Under the pieces are notes generated by a model. That model saw only the letters and a program-made list of their open reading frames with translations, was not told the origin of the DNA and ran no database searches. This document shows positions 37,239 to 42,692 of a DNA stretch of 42,692 nucleotides, one piece after another. This DNA comes from Sphingobacteriales bacterium (GTDB lineage Bacteria; Bacteroidota; Bacteroidia; Chitinophagales; Chitinophagaceae), in assembly GCA_031375135.1 (NCBI GenBank), contig JANMHK010000188.1, positions 1 to 42,692 of the forward strand, written 5' to 3'. Both the position numbers and the translations under genes were made by a program. Position 1 is the stretch's first letter, and each line of letters starts with the position of its first letter.

Positions 37239-37350
37239 GATTGTAGAATTGACGAATTGGCGGATTCGCGGATTATCGGATTAGGAGTTAATCAATTCGA
37301 CAATCCGTCAATTCGATAATCCGTCAATTCGTCAATCCGCCAATCCTATT
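37234..37350. repeat. Palindromic array of degenerate octamers (GRATTNNN)
   Basis: Six forward units (37238-37285) and seven inverted units (37291-37346), with terminal AATAGGATTG/CAATCCTATT inverted repeats. Confidence 0.85.
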
Positions 37351-37660
37351 TATATTCCTGCCTGACCGGGCTGAACACATCCATCACTTTACATGCGGTA
37401 AGTGCTACCGCAGAATGGGGCGTGTTGGAAGGGATCACATGATAACATCCCGGCGTTAATACCATGGTCACGCCGCCTATTGTCATTTCCAGTTCACCTT
37501 CCAGAATATAGGTGATCTGTTCGTGGACGTGATGATGCAGTGGAAGAATGCTGCCTGCTGCGATCTCAACGATACCAACAGTGGAAAGTTCTCCATGAAT
37601 ATACCTTCCGCTAATGCCCTGCGCAAGTTGCTTACTATTGATATCGCCGAGATGATTCAT
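37346..37660 (-). CDS. Cupin domain protein
   Basis: PLHHHVHEQITYILEG, IPSNTPH and DVFSPVR motifs. ATG at 37660. Confidence 0.88.
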   Translation of the reverse strand: MNHLGDINSKQLAQGISGRYIHGELSTVGIVEIAAGSILPLHHHVHEQITYILEGELEMTIGGVTMVLTPGCYHVIPSNTPHSAVALTACKVMDVFSPVRQEYK

Positions 37661-37664
37661 AATT

Positions 37665-38858
37665 TTATTGTTCAAAATAGGCAACTGAAGCACCTACCCA
37701 TTCTTTATCCTGATTATAGCGAACCCCGATCATCTTTCCTTTACTGAGCCTGCTTAGGTTGGTCACCAGTTCCGGTCTGGCCAAACCGTCTTTCCAGATA
37801 TACATCATTCGGATCTCGACTTTGGCTCCGCCATCAGGGGTTTTGATCACGTCGGCGTATTTCACTTTCTTCTGCAGGATCCAGTTTTCAGGATCTTTTA
37901 TTCGTTCCAAATCAGCATGAGTTAGATCGATCACTACACCTTGTCCTGCGAACGAGAACAACGGTTTCAGCACATAGTTCTCCAGGTCTGCCGGCGGTTG
38001 CTTAAGGTCGTTCAGGAAGAAAGTCTGCGGTACAAAAGGATGGTGGATGAATGGAAGCGTATACTTGCTGATCCTGTAGAACCAGTTGGGGTGCGGGATC
38101 CATTTAACGTTCCAGTCTTGCGTGATGTCAATGATAGTACCAAGTTTATCCTTTTGGGCATGAAGATCATCAAAAATGATTCGGTTGTAAATTCTTTTGA
38201 TCTGGATCTTTCTTCCTTCGGAATAATAAAAAAGGTCCCTGCCTTCTGCTGAAACTTCGGTTATACATACCGGTTTGATTCCGATCAGGTCTTGGGTGCA
38301 ATAAAAATCGATCCTGGTTTTCTGTTGATGCGGTTTGATCTCCAACAGTATAACCTCTTCTGTTTTGGCATCACCAACGATCAGTTCCTTCAGAGTTTGA
38401 ATATAAGTATCGCGCGTGTGCCCATTGAAGTAGTGGCTGTAGTTGAGCGGAATATCAAAATGTTTTTCAACCACAGAAGGGTAGTAAGCCTGGAATCCGA
38501 AAAGCGTGGGGAATCCTTGCATTTCAATCAACTGCGGTTCAAGCGCACCCGCCGCATTTTCACAAATGCCAAAATCGAGGGCGATGAAATGGGAGTGGTC
38601 ATTTTCATTGGCTACCCATTCCCCTGGAGGTATAGCCTGATCGGTAGCTGATTTAAAAGCAGGATCTGTAATGATGTCGATAATATGTTCGCAGGCATCA
38701 ATGATCTTGTCGCCAAACCATTTTGGGATGAATTCCGGCGTTTCAGCTATCCTGAAATCAATGGTTCCCGGGTAATGGCTGTTGAGATCATCGAGAAATG
38801 CATGGTATTTTTCTAAGGTGAAGTTTTTATTATAAGCTTCTCTGATCTGTTCTACCAT
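37665..38858 (-). CDS. Circularly permuted ATP-grasp-like ligase
   Basis: DF...LIEMQGFP lies N-terminal to VLKPLFSFAGQGV, WILQKKV and EIRMM, the permuted order seen in glutathionylspermidine-synthase-like ligases. Confidence 0.65.
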   Translation of the reverse strand: MVEQIREAYNKNFTLEKYHAFLDDLNSHYPGTIDFRIAETPEFIPKWFGDKIIDACEHIIDIITDPAFKSATDQAIPPGEWVANENDHSHFIALDFGICENAAGALEPQLIEMQGFPTLFGFQAYYPSVVEKHFDIPLNYSHYFNGHTRDTYIQTLKELIVGDAKTEEVILLEIKPHQQKTRIDFYCTQDLIGIKPVCITEVSAEGRDLFYYSEGRKIQIKRIYNRIIFDDLHAQKDKLGTIIDITQDWNVKWIPHPNWFYRISKYTLPFIHHPFVPQTFFLNDLKQPPADLENYVLKPLFSFAGQGVVIDLTHADLERIKDPENWILQKKVKYADVIKTPDGGAKVEIRMMYIWKDGLARPELVTNLSRLSKGKMIGVRYNQDKEWVGASVAYFEQ

Positions 38859-38867
38859 CGGTGTTGG

Positions 38868-39704
38868 TTAATGGGGGATTGCTAAAACATGATTCACTGA
38901 AAGATCAAGGAAATTAGGAAGGATATGTGAATAGGTCCAAAGGATTTTGTCAGGATCATTCAGGTGATCGATCATGGTCTCCCATTTCTCATACCCGTGG
39001 TTCTCGATGACTGTTTTCTTCTTTTCCTCCCTTTGCAGATACATGCTCATACCGATCGCGTCTGCTTCGGGATGAAACTGCGTTCCGATCATGTACTGGT
39101 TGAATCGAACGGCCATGATAGCCCTCTCCAGTGGGATATGGGGCCTTTCTTTTTCGATACAAAGGATTTGGGCATCCATTTCCTTCAGCTTGTTGTGGTG
39201 GGGTTGGGTGACCTGGTAATCACGACTGTCCACCGCATAAAAAGGATCGTTCAGGCCTTCGAATATCAGTTCCTGCTCAGCGTCTTTCAGCATGTGAATG
39301 GGGAACACACCGAATGCTGTAGACCTTCTTTTTGTTACATGACCAATTTTGTAATGCCTGCACGCGAGTTGGAAGGAATGGCAGATAAAGAACACGTGTT
39401 TCTTGACCTGGTTGGCGGGATCATTGTTCCATTTCTCGACCTGATGCAGCCAATGGAAATATTTTTTCTCCCATTCGGAGCCCAGCGATTCAATGGGGCT
39501 GCCGGGACCGCCACTGGAGATGTACATGTCGTACGACAGATCCGGAATTTCCTTTCCTAATCGTACATCAAATTCATCCCAGCTTAGTTCAAGCTGATTG
39601 GCATCGCTGTATTGGTTGAGAATTTCCCTGATACAACGCATGCCCTGGTTTTCGACTCCCTCGTAAAGGTCCAGTATGGCTACTTTAAAAGATTTTTCCG
39701 CCAT
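38868..39704 (-). CDS. Class I glutamine amidotransferase-like protein
   Basis: SSGGPGSP, FICHSFQ (nucleophile Cys) and QFHPE (His-Glu). Own -7 element TAATTTTG at 39714-39721. Confidence 0.88.
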   Translation of the reverse strand: MAEKSFKVAILDLYEGVENQGMRCIREILNQYSDANQLELSWDEFDVRLGKEIPDLSYDMYISSGGPGSPIESLGSEWEKKYFHWLHQVEKWNNDPANQVKKHVFFICHSFQLACRHYKIGHVTKRRSTAFGVFPIHMLKDAEQELIFEGLNDPFYAVDSRDYQVTQPHHNKLKEMDAQILCIEKERPHIPLERAIMAVRFNQYMIGTQFHPEADAIGMSMYLQREEKKKTVIENHGYEKWETMIDHLNDPDKILWTYSHILPNFLDLSVNHVLAIPH

Positions 39705-39753
39705 GATCAGTGCCAAAATTAATGATTTTTTAAGCTTTCGGCTTTACTAAAGT

Positions 39754-39780
39754 AAAAGGGCAGCCTTTTGACCGCCCCTT
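39754..39780 (-). terminator. Intrinsic terminator after ybdK
   Basis: Minus strand AGGGGCGGTC-aaaa-GGCTGCCCTTTT. Confidence 0.6.
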
Positions 39781-39800
39781 CTTAACGTCATTTTAAGCGG

Positions 39801-40913
39801 CTAGAGGCGAGCCAGGAATTGTCCTGATATAAAATCAGCCACACTCACCAGATTTTTGGTCTCTTCAAATACCTTGAGCTGACGATCTGCGCCTGTACCA
39901 TTGTCGAGTATCTTCTGTACAAGTTTTAAGCCTTCCCTGCAGCCGAGGTCGTCTGCCACATCATCTACAAAGTCCAGCAATTCGTAGATCAGAACGCGGG
40001 TATTCACTTCTTCTTCTTTTCCAAAATCGATCATCTGTCCGTCAATTCCATACCGGGAAGCGCGCCATTTGTTTTCATTGACCAGTTGGCGGGGATAGAT
40101 CATGAAATTGAGGTTCTTCGATCTCAGTTTATAGAGTTTCGCGCAAAGGCACTGAAAAATAGCCGTTATGGCGATGGTGTCGTCTACGGTGAGGGGAACG
40201 TCGCATATCCTGAACTCCACTGTGCCAAAAAAAGGATGTACCCTGAGGTCCCACCAGATCTTTTTAGCATTGTCTATACAATTGGTTTTAATGAGAATAT
40301 TTACATAGTTCTCATAACTGCTGTAGCTGTCGAAATAATCCGGAATTCCGGTTCTTGGGAATTTATCAAAGACTTTCGTCCTGAACGATTTAAAGCCCGT
40401 GAGGCGGCCCTCCCAAAAAGGTGAGTTGGTACTCAGGGCAAACACGTGGGGGAGGAAATAGCGGGCTGAATTGGCTATATGGATGGCCATTTCCTGGTCA
40501 GGCATACCTACATGGACATGTAGACCGAAAATGAGGTTGCTGCGTGCAGCTTCCTGCATTTCATTGACTATTTCCCGGTAGCGGGCATGATCAGTGATCA
40601 GTTGGCTTTCCCAGTGTGAGAAAGGGTGGGTGCCTGAAGCACCCATCTTGAAACCGAGTCCGTCTGCAATACCTGATATGGTGGTCCGCAGGGTAGTGAC
40701 GTCTTTGTAAGCCTCCTCAATGTCCTGGCAGATGTCCGTTCCAACTTCAACAACGGCCTGGTGCATTTCTGCCTTCACCTTGTCTTTGATGATCTTCTGG
40801 CCTTCGGTCACGATCTTCTGTTCATGGCTCCTCAATTCCCTCGTATTGGGGTCGATCACCATATATTCCTCTTCCACGCCCAGGGTAAAATGCTTGTAGC
40901 TGAAGTTTGCCAT
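39801..40913 (-). CDS. ybdK: Carboxylate-amine ligase (YbdK / glutamate-cysteine ligase 2 family)
   Basis: TLGVEEE, VEV, GTHPF, FGLHVHVG, NSPFW, WWDLR, TVEFRICD and ENKWRASRYG motifs. Confidence 0.93.
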   Translation of the reverse strand: MANFSYKHFTLGVEEEYMVIDPNTRELRSHEQKIVTEGQKIIKDKVKAEMHQAVVEVGTDICQDIEEAYKDVTTLRTTISGIADGLGFKMGASGTHPFSHWESQLITDHARYREIVNEMQEAARSNLIFGLHVHVGMPDQEMAIHIANSARYFLPHVFALSTNSPFWEGRLTGFKSFRTKVFDKFPRTGIPDYFDSYSSYENYVNILIKTNCIDNAKKIWWDLRVHPFFGTVEFRICDVPLTVDDTIAITAIFQCLCAKLYKLRSKNLNFMIYPRQLVNENKWRASRYGIDGQMIDFGKEEEVNTRVLIYELLDFVDDVADDLGCREGLKLVQKILDNGTGADRQLKVFEETKNLVSVADFISGQFLARL

Positions 40914-40933
40914 CTTGGTTAGTTATTATGGGG

Positions 40934-41887
40934 TCAGGCCAATGGGGTTTTCGCAGCGCTGCGTTTGATGTATTCACCCCAGGTGAGGTTATCCATACCT
41001 TCCTGCTGCGCCTGGGCCCTTTCGATGGCATAGGAAGCCGCGGTTTCTACTACCCAGTCGAAATTCTCCTGACCTACACTTCTTATATCGGCATCAGGGG
41101 CGGGATTGCAGAAGTCGATCGCATAAGGTATTCCATCGCGGGTAGCGAGTTCCACGGTATTGAAATCGTAACCCAGGTAATGATTGATACGAAGTACAAT
41201 TTCTTCCATCATCTTGTATTCTTCAGGTGAAGTTTCAAAACTGGCTACATAGCGGAGATGATGCGGATTGCGTGGTTCATAAGGCATGATCCGTACGTGT
41301 TTACCGCCGATACAATAGCAGCGATAATATTTTTCGAACACGATCTCTTCCTGCAACAGCATCACCAGTTGTCCTGTTTCTGCATGTTTCGCAAAAAAAT
41401 CGTCCATGCTGTCTAAACGGTAAACGTTTTTCCAACCACCGCCGGCGAAAGGCTTCATATAGGCGGGAAAGCCCACATAGTCGAAAATGGTTTTCCAGTC
41501 CAATGGATAGGCGAGGTTTGAGAAAGAATCATCTGTGGTATCATCCGGGAGGTCCCTGGAAGGTAGGATCACGGTTTTAGGCACTGGCACGCCTATTTTG
41601 GTGGCCAGGGCATTGTTGAAAAATTTCTCATCTGCACTCCACCAGAACGGGTTATTGATGACCGCTGTTCCACTGATCGCTGCATTCTTCAGAAAAGCCC
41701 GGTAAAAAGGCACGTCCTGCGATATTCTGTCGATGATCACAGCATAACCGCTGGATTCACCTTGCATAACCTTGTCAATAGATACTGGTTCTGCCATAAT
41801 GCCCGGTACCTGTTTGTTGTTCACCCTTTCAACGAAGGCCTCGGGGAATGATCGTTCTTTGCCAAACAATACGCCTATCTTTTTCAT
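40934..41887 (-). CDS. RimK/glutathione-synthetase-like ATP-grasp protein
   Basis: VINN, DEKF, VPKT, FPAYMKPFAGGGWKNV, LQE, YRCY and AIDFCNPAPD motifs. Confidence 0.85.
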   Translation of the reverse strand: MKKIGVLFGKERSFPEAFVERVNNKQVPGIMAEPVSIDKVMQGESSGYAVIIDRISQDVPFYRAFLKNAAISGTAVINNPFWWSADEKFFNNALATKIGVPVPKTVILPSRDLPDDTTDDSFSNLAYPLDWKTIFDYVGFPAYMKPFAGGGWKNVYRLDSMDDFFAKHAETGQLVMLLQEEIVFEKYYRCYCIGGKHVRIMPYEPRNPHHLRYVASFETSPEEYKMMEEIVLRINHYLGYDFNTVELATRDGIPYAIDFCNPAPDADIRSVGQENFDWVVETAASYAIERAQAQQEGMDNLTWGEYIKRSAAKTPLA

Positions 41888-41937
41888 GCTTTGATGTATT
41901 TATGAGATCCTTATGAATTAGGGGGATGGGGTTTAAT

Positions 41938-42006
41938 CAAATATATTTTTATCAGTAGAATAAAACAAATAAGGCCGCCTGATTTTTGTATCATGGATTA
42001 TATTTG
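41938..42006. promoter_or_regulatory. Divergent -7 promoter elements for the ATP-grasp operon and the esterase
   Basis: TATATTTG on the minus strand (41938-41945) and on the plus strand (41999-42006). Confidence 0.6.
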
Positions 42007-42012
42007 AATGAT

Positions 42013-42692
42013 ATGCTGACTAAGAAAGAGTCGTTGATCCTTGTTGAACGGCATGACATATACTCAAAGCACCTGAACAGGGATGTTGTGGTTGATTTCT
42101 TTTTGCCTACGAACGTTGAAGATCCCGCTAAGATGAGTCTGCTGCTCATCAATGATGGGCAGGATATGGAAACGATGGGTTTCCGGACTATACTAGAGAA
42201 GATCTATGCCGAAGGGGCGATCAGGCCGGTGATGTTTGCGGCTGTCCATGCCGGTAAGGACAGGAAAAATGAATACGGCACGGCCAATCATCCCGACTAT
42301 AAAAATCGGGGGGCAAAAGCAGGGAAATACACCTATTTCGTATTTCAGGAATTGATGCCCCATATCCGTAAACAGTATCACGTTCCCGAGTTCCGCGATA
42401 AATCGTTTGCCGGATTTTCACTCGGCGGCTTAATGGCACTTGATGTTGTTTGGAATCACCCGGCTGAATTTTCACATGTAGGGGTATTCAGCGGCTCCCT
42501 ATGGTGGCGGTCGAAGGGTTTGGATGATGGGTATGATGAAGATCAACACCGGATCATGCATGCCGAGATCCGCTCGGGTCAGTATGCCCCTTGGCTAAAG
42601 TTCTTTTTTCAAACTGGTGCGATGGATGAGACGGCCGACAGGAATAAGAACGGCATCATTGATTCAATTGACGATACCCTTTCGTTGATCGA
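42013..42692 (+). CDS. Alpha/beta-hydrolase esterase (Fes/IroE-like), runs off the right edge
   Basis: Not in the ORF track. My translation: MLTKKESLILVERH..SKHLNRDV..LLLINDGQD..RKNEYG..ELMPHI..AGFSLGG (GxSxG)..FSGSLWW. Confidence 0.88.
   Translation, partial: MLTKKESLILVERHDIYSKHLNRDVVVDFFLPTNVEDPAKMSLLLINDGQDMETMGFRTILEKIYAEGAIRPVMFAAVHAGKDRKNEYGTANHPDYKNRGAKAGKYTYFVFQELMPHIRKQYHVPEFRDKSFAGFSLGGLMALDVVWNHPAEFSHVGVFSGSLWWRSKGLDDGYDEDQHRIMHAEIRSGQYAPWLKFFFQTGAMDETADRNKNGIIDSIDDTLSLI

Noticed and set aside
37238-37346. Octamer array as a CRISPR array
   Set aside because: 8-nt period, inverted halves, no unique spacers and no cas genes.
38964-39560. 198-aa plus-strand ORF
   Set aside because: Antisense to the GATase gene with no motifs.
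42193-42475. Minus-strand ORFs 42193..42381 and 42221..42475
   Set aside because: Shadows of the plus-strand esterase starting at 42013.

Overview
Gene-dense chromosomal segment from a Bacteroidota genome, probably Chitinophagaceae. This is inferred from TAnnTTTG -7 promoter elements, T9SS SprE and type-B CTD genes, a stand-alone sucC and an RND-TolC fusion. No rRNA, tRNA, CRISPR array or transposase was seen. Left to right: (1) a minus-strand SDR-ROK-SIS sugar-catabolic operon, followed by an orphan 7TM-DISM histidine kinase and a truncated MetE-like gene absent from the ORF track; (2) an envelope block with L,D-transpeptidase, RlpA, OmpA, PBP1A, SprE/PorW, an M23-type anchor lacking its peptidase domain, bactofilin, AtpZ/AtpI-like genes and SprT; (3) mixed genes: GNAT, lipoprotein, Wzx flippase, sucC, a T9SS substrate, PNP and a porin; (4) an ~11.4 kb metal-homeostasis block with a HYC_CC_PP leader ORF and a hairpin over the next start region, an HMA protein with a metallothionein-like tail, a second HMA protein, an OMP, an unannotated 25-aa Cys-Cys ORF, an MFS, a TonB receptor with a DtxR/MntR-like box, a CzcA-TolC fusion and an adaptor; (5) an octamer-repeat palindrome; (6) an amide-ligase cluster (ATP-grasp, YbdK, class I GATase, circularly permuted ATP-grasp, cupin, divergent esterase) of unknown product. 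The best candidates for undescribed systems are the ligase cluster and the putative leader-peptide control of the metal operon. All calls come from reading motifs by eye; no database searches were run.
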